NCBI GenBank assembly: GCA_014727915.1
Contig: WJMO01000005.1
Location: forward strand, 96,001-160,000
Reading direction: 5' to 3'
Source: Candidatus Altiarchaeales archaeon
Lineage (GTDB): Archaea > Altiarchaeota > Altiarchaeia > IMC4 > SCGC-AAA252-I15
DNA length: 64,000 bases
Both the position numbers and the translations under genes were made by a program. The notes under the pieces were generated by a model. The model saw only the letters and a list, made by a program, of their open reading frames with translations, did not search any database and had not been told where the DNA came from. Shown piece by piece: positions 29,290 to 40,560 of this stretch. Positions within the stretch are counted from its first letter, which is position 1. Every line of letters starts with the position of its first letter.

Positions 29290-30869
29290 AGAGGTTGTTG
29301 AACAATTGGAGGGTCGTATTGCTTGCGGTCTGCCTAGTGTTCTCAATGTCCCTGCTAGTAAACCTGTTCGGCTTCAACGAGGACAAGGGCATAGGCCTCG
29401 GCAACGGCTTGAGGTATGGCCTTGACTTCGCGGGTGGCACTCAGATGCAGCTGAAGCTGGATAGCGAGGTGTCTCCTGACGTGATGGCCGTTGAGAAGAC
29501 CATACTCGAGAGTAGGTTGAACAGCCTCGGACTGAAGGACATCCCTGTGAGGCCTTGGGGCAGCCAGTACATACTCATACAGGTCGCTGACGCAACGCCG
29601 GAGGAGACCGGCAACATAGAGAACATAATCAAGCAGCAGGCTAAGTTCGAGGAGCGCATAGACGGTGAGCTGGTGATACACGGCGACGAGTTGAGCGTAG
29701 ACCTAGGTCCGCAGGGCACTGAGCTTTACAAGTCTCAGAGCGGATACTCCTGGGCGGTGATGGTCAGCCACAGCAAGGAAGGGGCGTGCAGGTTCGGTAG
29801 CGTGGGCGAGGGCAAGCGCGGAAGGCCGGTGGACCAGTTCATAGACCGTCCTGAGAACACGACAATACTCATGTCTGAAGGGGACTACAACATACTCAGC
29901 AACCTCACAGACCTCAGCGAGTCGGACAGGTTCTACTTCGGAGGCACCGCATTGGACGTCATAGAGAACCGCTCCCTCATACCCGTGGTTTCTCTCTCCT
30001 CCTCCACGCAGGCGATCGATGAGCTGGTCAGGCTGAAGTCAAACGGCTTCTACAAGGTCCTGCTCGCGGGAGAGGATGATAGGATACCCGACACATTGAG
30101 GAACCAGATCGAGGAGGAGGGAATGTCCACGGATAGGAACTCTAAGGGCAACCGCTCCTACATTGAGTGGATATCCGACATGGTGGGTTTGGAGAACTCT
30201 CCCAGCCTGGCGTTCGACACCCGGGGCGAATGCACCTACAAGGCCAAGATAACGGGTTCAGCAGCAACCCTGGAGGATGCGAGGTATGAGATACAAAGGA
30301 ACCAGGTCCTGCTGACATCAGGCAACCTGCCTGTTGAGATATCCATAGAATCCAAGTCCACCACCCCCCCTACCTTGGGTCGGAGGTTCCTCAGCTACAG
30401 CTTCTACACTGGGCTTGTGGCCATAGCGGTCGTGGGTTTGATAATCTTCCTGCGTTACAGGCGTGTGGAGATAGTGCTGCCAGTGATGCTTACAGGCGTT
30501 AGCGAGGTGATAATAATACTCGGCCTAGCTTCCCTGATACGGTGGGAGCTGGACCTTCCAGCGGTTGCGGGGATAATTGCTGCCGTGGGCACGGGCGTTG
30601 ACCATCAGATCGTCATCACCGACGAGACCTTGAAGCGGTCTGGTAAGAAGAAGGCTGTCAGCGTCGCCGAGAGGATCAGGCGGGCGATGTTCATCATATT
30701 CACAGCGGCTTTCACCACGATCGCGGCTATGTTCCCCCTTATGAGCATCGGCGCTGGAATGCTTAAGGGTTTCGCTTTCACCACGATAATGGGTGTCATG
30801 GTCGGGGTGTTCATAGCTAGGCCCGCGTATGCGAAGATAATACAGGAGATACTCAAGAAATCAGAGTAA
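29286..30869 (+). CDS. secD: Protein translocase subunit SecD
   Basis: GLDFAGG, LTSGNLP, PTLG, GTGVDHQIVITDE and GFAFTT motifs. Confidence 0.92.
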   Translation: MKRLLNNWRVVLLAVCLVFSMSLLVNLFGFNEDKGIGLGNGLRYGLDFAGGTQMQLKLDSEVSPDVMAVEKTILESRLNSLGLKDIPVRPWGSQYILIQVADATPEETGNIENIIKQQAKFEERIDGELVIHGDELSVDLGPQGTELYKSQSGYSWAVMVSHSKEGACRFGSVGEGKRGRPVDQFIDRPENTTILMSEGDYNILSNLTDLSESDRFYFGGTALDVIENRSLIPVVSLSSSTQAIDELVRLKSNGFYKVLLAGEDDRIPDTLRNQIEEEGMSTDRNSKGNRSYIEWISDMVGLENSPSLAFDTRGECTYKAKITGSAATLEDARYEIQRNQVLLTSGNLPVEISIESKSTTPPTLGRRFLSYSFYTGLVAIAVVGLIIFLRYRRVEIVLPVMLTGVSEVIIILGLASLIRWELDLPAVAGIIAAVGTGVDHQIVITDETLKRSGKKKAVSVAERIRRAMFIIFTAAFTTIAAMFPLMSIGAGMLKGFAFTTIMGVMVGVFIARPAYAKIIQEILKKSE

Positions 30870-30889
30870 AACTAAGTCGGTGATCTATA

Positions 30890-31462
30890 ATGGAGAAGAC
30901 GTTGGAGAACCTGACCAAGGCTTTCATAGGCGAGAGCATGGCGCGGAACAGGTACACCTTCTACGCTAAGACAGCCAAGAAAGAAGGTTACGAGCAGATA
31001 TCAGCGGTCTTCCTGGAGACTGCGGAACAGGAGAGGGAGCATGCGAAATGGCTTTTCAGGCTCATAAACGACCTTAAGAAGGATGATGAGCCGATCGTGG
31101 TCGAAGCTGAGGCCCCCACAGTGCTTGGCACGACGACGGATAACCTGAAGGCGGCAATATCTGGGGAGAACTACGAGTACACGAGCATGTACCCGGAGTT
31201 CGCCAAGGTCGCCGAAGAGGAGGGTTTGGCTGAAATAGCTGACAGGCTAAAGGCCATCGCCAGGGCTGAGTCACACCACGAGGAGAGATACAAGAAGCTG
31301 CTCGAAGAGGTCGAAGGCGGTTCAGTCCACAAGAAGAAGGACAAGGTCGAGTGGATGTGCAGGAAATGCGGCTACGTCCACGAAGGCACTGAACCACCTG
31401 AGAAATGCCCTTCATGCGGCCATCCTCCGGCTTACTTTCAGGTGAAGTGCGAGACCTACTAG
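30890..31462 (+). CDS. rbr: Rubrerythrin
   Basis: [26 protein letters not shown]-x2-HEERY and C-terminal WMCRKCG...CPSCGHP rubredoxin domain. Confidence 0.95.
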   Translation: MEKTLENLTKAFIGESMARNRYTFYAKTAKKEGYEQISAVFLETAEQEREHAKWLFRLINDLKKDDEPIVVEAEAPTVLGTTTDNLKAAISGENYEYTSMYPEFAKVAEEEGLAEIADRLKAIARAESHHEERYKKLLEEVEGGSVHKKKDKVEWMCRKCGYVHEGTEPPEKCPSCGHPPAYFQVKCETY

Positions 31463-31551
31463 GCAATATCGCACTACGCCATCCTACACCCCCGTTTTCT
31501 CTATTTTTTTTCGATTATTATTTCCCCACTACTATTATTCTACCGGCTGAC

Positions 31552-31866
31552 ATGGACGAGTTGGATAGGATAAAAAAGATAGAGTCTGATCTAAAGGCCG
31601 GTTTGGAGAAGGCCCGGGAGGATGCGGACAGGAGGATCGAGGAAGCCCGGGCATCCCGTAAGGGCATATTGGACTCGGCCGCCCGGAAGGCCGAAGAAGA
31701 GGTGGAGGCTATGATATCCGAATCAGCCTCCAAGGCAGGGGAAGAGTCTAAGAGGATACTCTCAGAAGCCGATGATGAGATTCTCCAGGTCAGGTCCCGG
31801 ATGCATGCCAACTCCGCCAAGGCCGTTGAATACGTCGTCGGATACCTGGTGGGTGAAGATGCTTAA
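31552..31866 (+). CDS. atpH: A/V-type ATP synthase subunit H (G-like peripheral stalk)
   Basis: Charged coiled coil (IKKIE...AR..A) first in the ATPase operon; overlaps the atpI start. Confidence 0.75.
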   Translation: MDELDRIKKIESDLKAGLEKAREDADRRIEEARASRKGILDSAARKAEEEVEAMISESASKAGEESKRILSEADDEILQVRSRMHANSAKAVEYVVGYLVGEDA

Positions 31867-33802
31867 ACCGGTTCGGATGTGTAGGGTTGATTGCCTGGTA
31901 GCTCAGGGCAGGAAGGGCGCGGTCTTAGACCGGCTCCACAGGGAGGGCCTTACCCAGGTCGACACCATCGCCGAGGCCGAACTGGAGGAGACTGGCATGG
32001 TCCGCGACCAACCTCTTGACCGCGCGTCCGAAGTCTCTCATCTACTCTCCCGTTTCAGAGGCATAAAAGGCGTCATCTCGAGATATCACAGGACAGATTC
32101 TAATTTTCTGGACGAGCTGTTAGGGGTTGATAAGATCGAGCCCAAGCCGGTTCCCCGCATGGGATACGGTGAGTTGAAGGACCGTGCTAGCAGCTTCCTC
32201 TCCCAGGTCGAGGAGTTGGTGAACTCCAACGCCAAGAAGCTCGCAGACTTGAAGGAGAGGAAGGAAAGGATATCCTCCAGGCTAGACAAGCTTTCTCCTG
32301 CCGCGGGCTTGGATGTTCCCCTCTCCCACTTCCACGAATCCCACTACCTTCACTCTACGATCGGCCTGATATCCAGGGATTCCGAGCAGGAGTTGGAAGC
32401 TCAGCTTAAGGACAGGTTCCAGGATGAGTATGCATCAACAAGCTACGTGGACGGCGAGACGAAGGTCAACTCCTACTCTGTGCTTAAGGAAAGGTCTAAC
32501 GTGCTCCAGCAGGTGCTGAAATCCAACGGCTTCGAGGAACTGCCGGTGGACGGTGGCTCAACCTTCGAGGAAACCTACTTTGACCTCCTCTCCCAGGTCG
32601 AGGAGGTGGAAGACGTCATGGCTGCCGCTGAAACGCAGCTAAAATCAGCATACGAGGAAAGATACGATGAACTGCTCATATTGGAGGAGCTGCTTTCCCT
32701 CGAGGAGGAGCGGTGTAACGTCTTCAAACGGTTCGGCTCCACTGAAAGGGTGTCGTACCTCCGGCTTTGGACTCCCCGCCGCGACTGTGACGCTACCGTG
32801 ATTGCAGTCGACGAGGAAGCCAACGGATGCTGCTACACCGAGATCGACTACGACCCCGAAGACGCTCCCACCCTGTTGGAGAACCACCCCCTCCTACGCC
32901 CGTTCGAGACCTTCACAAGGCTCTACTCCCCTCCCCGCTACAACCAGATGGACCCTACCCTATTCACGGCCCCTACGCTGGTGCTGTTCTTCGGCTACAT
33001 GCTCGGAGACGCAGTATACGGCCTTATCATAACATTACTGTCCCTCATGTTGAAGAGGAAATACGGAGCTTACTCGCGGAAGGTCGCTGACTTCTCATTC
33101 GTCCTACTATGCTGCGGCCTCTCCACGATGGTCTTCGGCGTCTTGTCCGGAAGCTACCTGGGCGACTTCCTCGCCGAATACGTTCTCAAAGTGGAGACCC
33201 GGAACATGTTCCTGGTCTTGATAGATCCCCTCTACAAGTCCAATGCGGTGCTGCTGTTGAAGGTGGCAGTTGTTGTGGGCGTGTTGCAGGTGATACTGGG
33301 CAACCTACTCGGCATACTGGACAAGATCCTACAGCGTGACTACCTGGCTGCTCTAACCGAGAACGGCAGCTGGCTCATAATGGGATCGTCTGTTCCGTTA
33401 GCACTGTATCTTGACACTACAGTCGCTGCCATAACCTTCGCAGTAGGGTTCCTACTCCTCATTAAAGCTAATGGTTTCATGGCGTTCATGGAATTACCCG
33501 GCATCATAGGCCGGGTGGTCTCCTATGCGAGGCTGCTGGCGTTGAGCCTCACCACCCCCGCAATGGGCACGGCATTCAACTTCCTAGTCGCCCTCTCATT
33601 CACTATCCCCGTCATAGGGCCGGTCATCGCATTTTTCGCTTTTATTGGAAGTCACGTAATGATTCTATTCATGAATTCACTAGGGTCATTCGTTCATTCT
33701 CTAAGATTACATTATGTGGAATTCTACGGCACCTTCTACGGAGGGGGTGGCGTGGAGTTCACACCGTTCATTGAAAAGAGGAAATACACGTCGAGGAGGT
33801 AG
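31859..33802 (+). CDS. atpI: A/V-type ATP synthase subunit I (a)
   Basis: MLKP-x2-M start, PTLL-x-N, PRY-x2-MDPT, SYARLLAL and HSLRLHYVEF motifs. Confidence 0.95.
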   Translation: MLKPVRMCRVDCLVAQGRKGAVLDRLHREGLTQVDTIAEAELEETGMVRDQPLDRASEVSHLLSRFRGIKGVISRYHRTDSNFLDELLGVDKIEPKPVPRMGYGELKDRASSFLSQVEELVNSNAKKLADLKERKERISSRLDKLSPAAGLDVPLSHFHESHYLHSTIGLISRDSEQELEAQLKDRFQDEYASTSYVDGETKVNSYSVLKERSNVLQQVLKSNGFEELPVDGGSTFEETYFDLLSQVEEVEDVMAAAETQLKSAYEERYDELLILEELLSLEEERCNVFKRFGSTERVSYLRLWTPRRDCDATVIAVDEEANGCCYTEIDYDPEDAPTLLENHPLLRPFETFTRLYSPPRYNQMDPTLFTAPTLVLFFGYMLGDAVYGLIITLLSLMLKRKYGAYSRKVADFSFVLLCCGLSTMVFGVLSGSYLGDFLAEYVLKVETRNMFLVLIDPLYKSNAVLLLKVAVVVGVLQVILGNLLGILDKILQRDYLAALTENGSWLIMGSSVPLALYLDTTVAAITFAVGFLLLIKANGFMAFMELPGIIGRVVSYARLLALSLTTPAMGTAFNFLVALSFTIPVIGPVIAFFAFIGSHVMILFMNSLGSFVHSLRLHYVEFYGTFYGGGGVEFTPFIEKRKYTSRR

Positions 33803-33808
33803 TGAAAC

Positions 33809-34294
33809 ATGGATTTATCAGCCGTACTGGATTATCTGGTGAGTGGGAACGTCCTGGCCGCGTTCGGAGCGGCGGCCGGGATGATACTAGCAGGATTCGG
33901 CTCTGCGAAGGGTCTTAGCATGTCGGGGAGCACTGCTGCAGCGTTGACTGCCGAGCAGGAGAAGAACTTCGGACCCATACTAATACTCGAGGCGCTGCCA
34001 CAGACCCAGTGCATCTACGGGTTCGTCATCGCCTTCCTCATAGCGAGCGGCATGATGGGCGGGGACATGACCGTTGAGAAGGGCTTCCTGAGCCTGGCAG
34101 CCGGTTTGACCGTTGGGCTTACGGGGTTGACCGCTGTCCTCCAGGGTTCCGTTGCCTCAGCGGCTGTGGGAGCCTTCGGAAAGAACAACAACATCACGAG
34201 CAAGGTCATCATGTACGTTGTGATGGTCGAGATATCCGCACTGTTGGGGTTCATAATCTCCATACTGATACTTCAGTCAGGCGGGGTGTTCTAG
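33809..34294 (+). CDS. atpK: A/V-type ATP synthase proteolipid subunit K (four-TM, NtpK-like)
   Basis: GSAKG, LPQTQCIYG, LQG and MVE motifs; four TM helices. Confidence 0.92.
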   Translation: MDLSAVLDYLVSGNVLAAFGAAAGMILAGFGSAKGLSMSGSTAAALTAEQEKNFGPILILEALPQTQCIYGFVIAFLIASGMMGGDMTVEKGFLSLAAGLTVGLTGLTAVLQGSVASAAVGAFGKNNNITSKVIMYVVMVEISALLGFIISILILQSGGVF

Positions 34295-34301
34295 CTGGAA
34301 G

Positions 34302-34856
34302 ATGGGTTACAGGGAACTCGAGGACAGGATAAAGAAGGAGTATCAGAGGGAACTGGACGAGATAAACCGGAACTCTGAGTCTGAGGCTGGCAAGATACGC
34401 GGTGAGGCGGAGTCTGCGGCTGAAGCTGAGAAGAAGCGGATACTCGATGCCGGCCGGCGAAGGGCGGAGTTGGAATACCGGCGGATAGTCGGTAATGCCA
34501 GGTTGGAGGCCAGGCGAAGGGTTAGCGAGGAGAAGAACAGCCTCTCTGAGAAGGTGATATCCGAAGCAATTGAAGCTGTGGATGGGCTTACTGACAGCAG
34601 GAAGAGGCAGTTGCTCGAGAGGCTTGTAAAGGACGCATCCTATCTCCCTGGAAAGCCGGTGGTGAAGGTTGAAAAGGCATATGCCAAGATGGTGAAGGGA
34701 AAAGACGTCAAGGTAGTGGAAGAGGATATCGGCGGCTTAGGTGTTCTCATAGAGTCCGAGGACGGGAAGATAAAGGTCGACAACCGGTTGGCAAATGTTG
34801 TTGGCCGTGCGAAGACCAGGCTTAAGCCTGAGGTTAACAGGATACTATTCGGTTAG
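34302..34856 (+). CDS. atpE: A/V-type ATP synthase subunit E
   Basis: N-terminal coiled coil, GGLGVLIESEDGKIKVDN and terminal ILFG. Confidence 0.9.
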   Translation: MGYRELEDRIKKEYQRELDEINRNSESEAGKIRGEAESAAEAEKKRILDAGRRRAELEYRRIVGNARLEARRRVSEEKNSLSEKVISEAIEAVDGLTDSRKRQLLERLVKDASYLPGKPVVKVEKAYAKMVKGKDVKVVEEDIGGLGVLIESEDGKIKVDNRLANVVGRAKTRLKPEVNRILFG

Positions 34857-34859
34857 AAG

Positions 34860-35867
34860 ATGGAAGTGGTGTTGGGCGGCAGGGACATTATGCTATCATA
34901 CGCCTATGGTGTGGTTTCAGGGCTTCACGGCCGGCTTCTGAAGTCCAGGGACTATGAGCTTTTCATGACTGCTGAGTCGGTGAAGGAGATACTTTCCACG
35001 TTGGAGAAAACATCATATGCCAGTGGAATTCGGCAGCTGACTGGCGAATACTCGCTTTCGGAGGTTGAGGCCGTCCTGTCCCAGAGCCTCCGTGAATCCT
35101 ACCTGGAGCTCAGCGGTATGGTGCCCGAGAAGGAGCGCAAGGCATTGGACCTCATCGTCATGGGAGCATGGGACCTGGAAAACATCAAATCCGCCGTCAG
35201 AGCCATGCGAAACGGCATTTCACAGGCGCAAACCTATCCTGTATTGGGTGTCATATCCGGTCAGACGCTCTCTGAGATGGTTTCATCTCCCGGCGTTGAG
35301 GATATGGTGTCCATGCTGCCGGAGCCCTACTCGACCTACTTGTCATCTGCCTCTTTGAAGGAGTCTCCTATGGGTTTCGATGAGGAGCTGGACCGAAGTC
35401 ACATAAGGCATCTGCTGTCCTCTACCAAGGGCGAGCTGAGGGAATATGTGGGCTTGCTCGTCGACTCTCTGAACTTGAGGGCCATACTAAGGTGCAAGGC
35501 GTCGGATGTAGACGCCTCCAGCCACGTCCTCGAGGGGGGAAGGCACGTCAAAGGAGGCAAACTTTATGACATGCTCCGGTCTGACCTGGCTTCAGAACCC
35601 AAGGTATTGGAGGGCACACCCTACCATGGGGCTGTCAGGGACTCGATCAAGGCGGACGGCGGAGTGGATTTCCCCTCCTTGGAGGTGGGGCTCAGGTCTG
35701 CCGTTGAATCGGAGCTCGAATTCAAATCAAAGCTAGAGCCGGTGAGCATATACTCCATCTTGTCCTTTCTGAATCTGAAGCGGGACGAGATGTTCCGTTT
35801 GAGGGCGGTGATCGCAGGCAAGTGGTTCGAGGTGGGCTCGGATGAGGTGAGGGTGTGGATAAGTTGA
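34860..35867 (+). CDS. atpC: A/V-type ATP synthase subunit C
   Basis: Operon position, size, and WDLENIK, D-x2-NL-x2-ILR and E-x2-RLR motifs. Confidence 0.85.
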   Translation: MEVVLGGRDIMLSYAYGVVSGLHGRLLKSRDYELFMTAESVKEILSTLEKTSYASGIRQLTGEYSLSEVEAVLSQSLRESYLELSGMVPEKERKALDLIVMGAWDLENIKSAVRAMRNGISQAQTYPVLGVISGQTLSEMVSSPGVEDMVSMLPEPYSTYLSSASLKESPMGFDEELDRSHIRHLLSSTKGELREYVGLLVDSLNLRAILRCKASDVDASSHVLEGGRHVKGGKLYDMLRSDLASEPKVLEGTPYHGAVRDSIKADGGVDFPSLEVGLRSAVESELEFKSKLEPVSIYSILSFLNLKRDEMFRLRAVIAGKWFEVGSDEVRVWIS

Positions 35868-36145
35868 GGAAAGAGGTAATTGTAGTCTCAAAGGAGGAGG
35901 AACTCTCAGGGTTCAGGCTGGCTGGGGTTTCAGAGGTCATAGACTACAGGGATGATGGCCTGGTCGAGCGTTTGATGGGCAAGGAGGCCATAATCCTCAT
36001 CTCCCATGAGGCGTTGGAGAAGATAGGGGGTAAAGTGGCTCAGCTCAGGGAGAAGTCCATAGTCCAGGAGATGCCCGGAGAGGGCGAGTACACACGTTTG
36101 AACGAGATAATCAAGAATACAGTAGGTTTCGAGTTGAAATCATGA
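35855..36145 (+). CDS. atpF: A/V-type ATP synthase subunit F
   Basis: GFRLAGV and IKNTVG motifs. Confidence 0.9.
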   Translation: MDKLRKEVIVVSKEEELSGFRLAGVSEVIDYRDDGLVERLMGKEAIILISHEALEKIGGKVAQLREKSIVQEMPGEGEYTRLNEIIKNTVGFELKS

Positions 36146-37863
36146 AGGGAGTAGTCAAGAGGATATCAGGCCCTCTGGTGGAGGCGGATGGCATGCTGGG
36201 AAGCAGCATGCACGATGTCGTCAGAGTCGGCGAGGAAGGCCTTATGGCGGAGGTCATAAAGGTGATAGGCGACCGTGTCTCACTCCAGGCCTACGAGGAC
36301 ACTGGCGGTTTGAAGCCAGGCGACAGGGTCGTCAACACAGGAGAGCAACTATCCGTCGAACTGGGTCCGGGCTTGCTGAAGTCCATATACGACGGCGTTC
36401 AAAGGCCCTTGGAATCCCTTTGGGCCAGTTCCGGGGATTTCATAGAGAGGGGCGTCGAAGCCCCGGCGTTGGACCGTAAGAAGAAGTGGCATTTCACCCC
36501 CTCTGTAGGGGAGGGGGATAAGGTTGCACCAGGAACGGTGTTAGGCACTACACAGGAGTCTAAGGTCATCGAGCACAGGATAACGGCGCCTCCAGGCGTT
36601 TCAGGGAAGGTCAATGGTCTGAAGGAGGGCGATTTCACAGTAGAGGATGTCCTATGCTCTGTTGGTAAACAGGACCTTACCATGATGCAGCGTTGGCCTG
36701 TCAAGACCCCCCGTCCGGTATCATCCCGTTTAGAGCCCAACGAGCCTCTAATCACAGGCCAGAGGACGATCGACGTTTTCTTCCCCATCGCAAAGGGCGG
36801 GGCTGCGGCGATACCCGGCCCGTTCGGCGCGGGCAAGACAGTGACTCAGCATCAGCTGGCAAGATGGGTTGACGCCGACGTCATAGTCTATGTGGGTTGC
36901 GGCGAGCGCGGGAATGAGATGACGGAAGTATTGGACGACTTCCCGAAGCTGAAGGACCCCTACTCCGGAGAGCCGCTGATGGAACGGACTGTGCTGATAG
37001 CCAACACATCCAACATGCCCGTGGCGGCGAGGGAGGCTTCAGTCTACACGGGGGTTACCATCGCCGAATACTACCGTGACATGGGATACAACACTGCTTT
37101 GATGGCTGACAGCACCTCCAGGTGGGCTGAAGCCCTCCGGGAGATTTCCTCCAGGCTTGAGGAGATGCCGGGTGAAGAGGGCTTTCCAGCCTATCTTGGG
37201 TCTAGGCTCGCCTCATTCTATGAGAGGTCGGGGAGGGTCACATGCCTTAACGGTGCAACGGCCTCGACCAGCATAGTGGGCGCGGTCTCCCCGCCAGGAG
37301 GGGACTTGAGCGAGCCCGTAACGCAGAACACTCTAAGGATAGTCCGTGTCTTCTGGTCTTTGGACGCTAAACTAGCCGACAGAAGGCATTTCCCTGCTAT
37401 TAACTGGCTGACCAGCTACAGCCTATATAAGGACATAACAGACCCTTGGGTTAGGGGGAACGTCTCCCCTGACATGCCGGACCTCCGGGATGAGGCGATG
37501 GGCATATTGCAGAGGGAGAGCGAACTGCTTGAGATAGTCCAGCTGGTAGGCGCCGACGCCCTGCCGGACCATGAGCGTCTTGTGTTGGAGACTGCTAAGA
37601 TACTGCGGGAGGACTTCCTCCAACAGGATGCGCTGCACGAGGTTGACTCATTCTGCTCAACCATGAAGCAGCATGCCATGCTGTCCGCTATACTGGAATT
37701 CCACCGCCGAGCCGGTGATGCTATCGAATCAGGCTCTTCCATCTCGGACATAATGGGCTCCGACTTACTCGAGGGACTTTCCAAGATGAAATACCTGGAA
37801 GATGAAAAGTTCAAGGATTCGATAGAAGGACTTAAGAAGAAGATAGGGGAGGAGATGGGATAG
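36142..37863 (+). CDS. atpA: A/V-type ATP synthase subunit A
   Basis: GPFGAGKT Walker [19 protein letters not shown] and [12 protein letters not shown] motifs; no intein seen. Confidence 0.97.
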   Translation: MKGVVKRISGPLVEADGMLGSSMHDVVRVGEEGLMAEVIKVIGDRVSLQAYEDTGGLKPGDRVVNTGEQLSVELGPGLLKSIYDGVQRPLESLWASSGDFIERGVEAPALDRKKKWHFTPSVGEGDKVAPGTVLGTTQESKVIEHRITAPPGVSGKVNGLKEGDFTVEDVLCSVGKQDLTMMQRWPVKTPRPVSSRLEPNEPLITGQRTIDVFFPIAKGGAAAIPGPFGAGKTVTQHQLARWVDADVIVYVGCGERGNEMTEVLDDFPKLKDPYSGEPLMERTVLIANTSNMPVAAREASVYTGVTIAEYYRDMGYNTALMADSTSRWAEALREISSRLEEMPGEEGFPAYLGSRLASFYERSGRVTCLNGATASTSIVGAVSPPGGDLSEPVTQNTLRIVRVFWSLDAKLADRRHFPAINWLTSYSLYKDITDPWVRGNVSPDMPDLRDEAMGILQRESELLEIVQLVGADALPDHERLVLETAKILREDFLQQDALHEVDSFCSTMKQHAMLSAILEFHRRAGDAIESGSSISDIMGSDLLEGLSKMKYLEDEKFKDSIEGLKKKIGEEMG

Positions 37864-37864
37864 G

Positions 37865-39250
37865 ATGCCGGTCGTAGAGTACAAGACAGTGTCGGAGGTG
37901 AAGGGCCCGCTGATAGTCGTGGAGAAGACAAGGGACATCATGTACGGCGAGGTAGTGGAGATAACCGACTCCAAGGGCAACTTGAAACGCGGCCAGGTCC
38001 TGGACGCTTTGGATGACAAGGCAGTGATTCAGGTCTTCGAAGGCACCAGCGGATTGGACACCAAGGAGACTTCGGTCAAATTCCTGGGCGAGACCATGCA
38101 CCTCCCTGTATCTTCTGAGATGCTGGGGAGGGTGTTCAACGGGATAGGCAGGCCCATCGACGGCGGGGGGGAGGTCACCGCCGAGAACTACGTGGACGTC
38201 AACGGACAGCCAATAAACCCCTCGGCTAGGGAGTACCCGCGGGAGTTCATACAAACCGGCATATCATCCATAGACGGTATGAACACGCTCGTCCGCGGTC
38301 AGAAGCTCCCAATATTCTCGGGTTCAGGACTTCCCCACAATGACCTGGCCGCCCAGATAGCCAGGCAGTCGAAGGTGAAGACAGGAGATGAGTTCGCCGT
38401 CGTCTTCGCTGCAATGGGCATAACACACGAGGAGGCCATGTTCTTCAGGAAGAGCTTCGAGGAGACAGGGGCGTCCGAGCGGATAATCTCCTTCTTGAAC
38501 CTGGCAGACGACCCTGCGGTGGAGCGCATAATAACACCGAGGGTGTCGTTGACTGCTGCGGAGTTCCTCGCCTACGAGAAAGACTATCATGTTCTCGTGA
38601 TACTGACGGACATGACCAACTACTGTGAGGCCCTACGCCAGGTAGGAGCAGCTAGGGAGGAGGTCCCTGGCAGGCGGGGCTATCCTGGTTACATGTACAC
38701 CGACCTTGCCAGCATATACGAGAGAGCGGGCAGGATAAGGGAGAGGAACGGGTCCATCACACAGTTGCCGATAATCACCATGCCCGACGACGACATCACA
38801 CACCCCATACCCGACTTGACAGGCTATATCACAGAAGGCCAGTTCGTGCTCTCACGCCCACTATACCGTAAGGGCATATACCCTTCAGTGGACGTTCTGC
38901 CGTCTCTTTCAAGGCTTATGAAGACTGGCATCGGCCCTGAGAGGACGAGGGAAGACCATTTCAGCGTGTCAAACCAGCTTTACGCCGCCTATGCGGAGGG
39001 CCGCGACCTACGGGATCTTGTCGCGGTCGTCGGCGAGGAGGCGTTGAGCACCCGGGACCTGAAGTACCTGGAGTTCGCGGAGAGGTTCGAGGCTGAGTTC
39101 ATAGCCCAGGCCAGGGATGAGGATAGGCCCATAGAGGAGACCCTGGACCTTGGTTGGGAGCTGCTGGCCCTGCTTCCCGAGAGGGAGCTCAAACGCGTCG
39201 ACCCTAAGATCATGGACAAATACCACCCTAACAGGAGGAAAGATGGCTGA
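37865..39250 (+). CDS. atpB: A/V-type ATP synthase subunit B
   Basis: [31 protein letters not shown] and PSLSRL motifs. Confidence 0.97.
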   Translation: MPVVEYKTVSEVKGPLIVVEKTRDIMYGEVVEITDSKGNLKRGQVLDALDDKAVIQVFEGTSGLDTKETSVKFLGETMHLPVSSEMLGRVFNGIGRPIDGGGEVTAENYVDVNGQPINPSAREYPREFIQTGISSIDGMNTLVRGQKLPIFSGSGLPHNDLAAQIARQSKVKTGDEFAVVFAAMGITHEEAMFFRKSFEETGASERIISFLNLADDPAVERIITPRVSLTAAEFLAYEKDYHVLVILTDMTNYCEALRQVGAAREEVPGRRGYPGYMYTDLASIYERAGRIRERNGSITQLPIITMPDDDITHPIPDLTGYITEGQFVLSRPLYRKGIYPSVDVLPSLSRLMKTGIGPERTREDHFSVSNQLYAAYAEGRDLRDLVAVVGEEALSTRDLKYLEFAERFEAEFIAQARDEDRPIEETLDLGWELLALLPERELKRVDPKIMDKYHPNRRKDG

Positions 39251-39881
39251 GGACATAGTTGAAGGCACGCACCCGACCCGGATGGAACTTCTTCAGATAA
39301 AGGACAAGCTCAGGCTGGCGAGGAAAGGACATCGTCTGCTGAAGGAGAAGAGGGATACGCTGATGATGGAGTTCATGAACCTATCCAAGGAGGCAGGGGA
39401 CGTCGGAGAAATGGCGTCTGACCAGATGAAGGCTGCTAGGCACGCTCTTGCGGTCTCATCCTCATTGGCTGGCCCATCTCATATTGAATCCGCATCGCTT
39501 TCCGTTGAAGGCGGGCTTGCCGCTGAAGTCGAATACAGGAACGTGATGGGCATACAACTCCCCAAGATAAGCCTCGAGGAGAGGTTGAACGCCATAGATG
39601 ACCGTGGCTACGGGCTGATAACGACCCATCCATCAGTCGACCTGCTCGCGTCAGAGTATGAGCGCGCAGTGGACCGCATGATAGAGCTGGCAGCTGCGGA
39701 GCAGTCGCTGATTGCATTGTCCTCTGAGGTGAAGAAGACCAACCGGAGGGTGAACGCTCTCGAGTACAGGGTGGTCCCCCGGCTTGAAAACACCCAGAAG
39801 TACATCTCGATGAGGCTGGATGAGAGGGAGCGTGAGGGGTTCTACAGGAACAAGATGGTTAAGCGGAAGAGGGGTCTATGA
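39243..39881 (+). CDS. atpD: A/V-type ATP synthase subunit D
   Basis: [17 protein letters not shown]-x-RRVNALE and LDERERE motifs. Confidence 0.95.
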   Translation: MAEDIVEGTHPTRMELLQIKDKLRLARKGHRLLKEKRDTLMMEFMNLSKEAGDVGEMASDQMKAARHALAVSSSLAGPSHIESASLSVEGGLAAEVEYRNVMGIQLPKISLEERLNAIDDRGYGLITTHPSVDLLASEYERAVDRMIELAAAEQSLIALSSEVKKTNRRVNALEYRVVPRLENTQKYISMRLDEREREGFYRNKMVKRKRGL

Positions 39882-40291
39882 TGACTTGGAAGCCGATACA
39901 TTATGCGAAGAAGAGGGTTAAGACCTGTACAGCGGATTGCATGGTCAGGGATGCTGCGAAGATGTTCAAGGACGAGAACATGGGCTCATTGATAGTCACC
40001 GACGAGGAGGGCAATCACATGGGGTTGTTCACCGATGCCGTTCTGTTCAAGGCCATCTCCAACGGCTTGGACTTGAGGGCTATGAAGTTGGGGGACCTGG
40101 ACCTTGAGCCTATCGTCCGCGCCGACAAGAACGCCGACTTCGGCGATGTTCAGGGGATGTTCAAGGAATCCCCTTCCGGGCGTCTGGTATTATACGGGAA
40201 GGAGGGCGAGATAGCCGGGGTTCTAAAGCGGAAGAACGTGGAAAGGTTCGGGTTCTATAAGGCCGCTTCCAGGATGCTGAGGAGGAGATGA
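39878..40291 (+). CDS. CBS-domain pair protein
   Basis: VRDAAKMF...MGSLIV-x-D...GLFTD plus a second degenerate CBS (GEIAGVL); ATGA-coupled to atpD. Confidence 0.75.
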   Translation: MMTWKPIHYAKKRVKTCTADCMVRDAAKMFKDENMGSLIVTDEEGNHMGLFTDAVLFKAISNGLDLRAMKLGDLDLEPIVRADKNADFGDVQGMFKESPSGRLVLYGKEGEIAGVLKRKNVERFGFYKAASRMLRRR

Positions 40292-40560
40292 ACGCCTCAC
40301 ACCGCCTCATAAGGGCTCTGATCGGGGATATTGACTCTGAAGGATATGCTGCTGTTGAAAGGGCGTCCAAGAGGTACCCTGACGACGGGGAGTTCCAGGT
40401 CATAATCAAGAAATACGATGATGACCGGGATACTGCACTGCTGAAGGCGAGGTTGGAGAAACTCTACGAGTCCCGTAAGCTAACGGCAGGCGGCACACGC
40501 CTCCAGTTCAGGGACAGGCGGAGGCTCAAATCCGACAAGGGAGGTATCGAAGACTACTGA
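40288..40560 (+). CDS. Small hypothetical protein
   Basis: ATGA-coupled to the CBS gene; no recognised motif. Confidence 0.55.
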   Translation: MNASHRLIRALIGDIDSEGYAAVERASKRYPDDGEFQVIIKKYDDDRDTALLKARLEKLYESRKLTAGGTRLQFRDRRRLKSDKGGIEDY

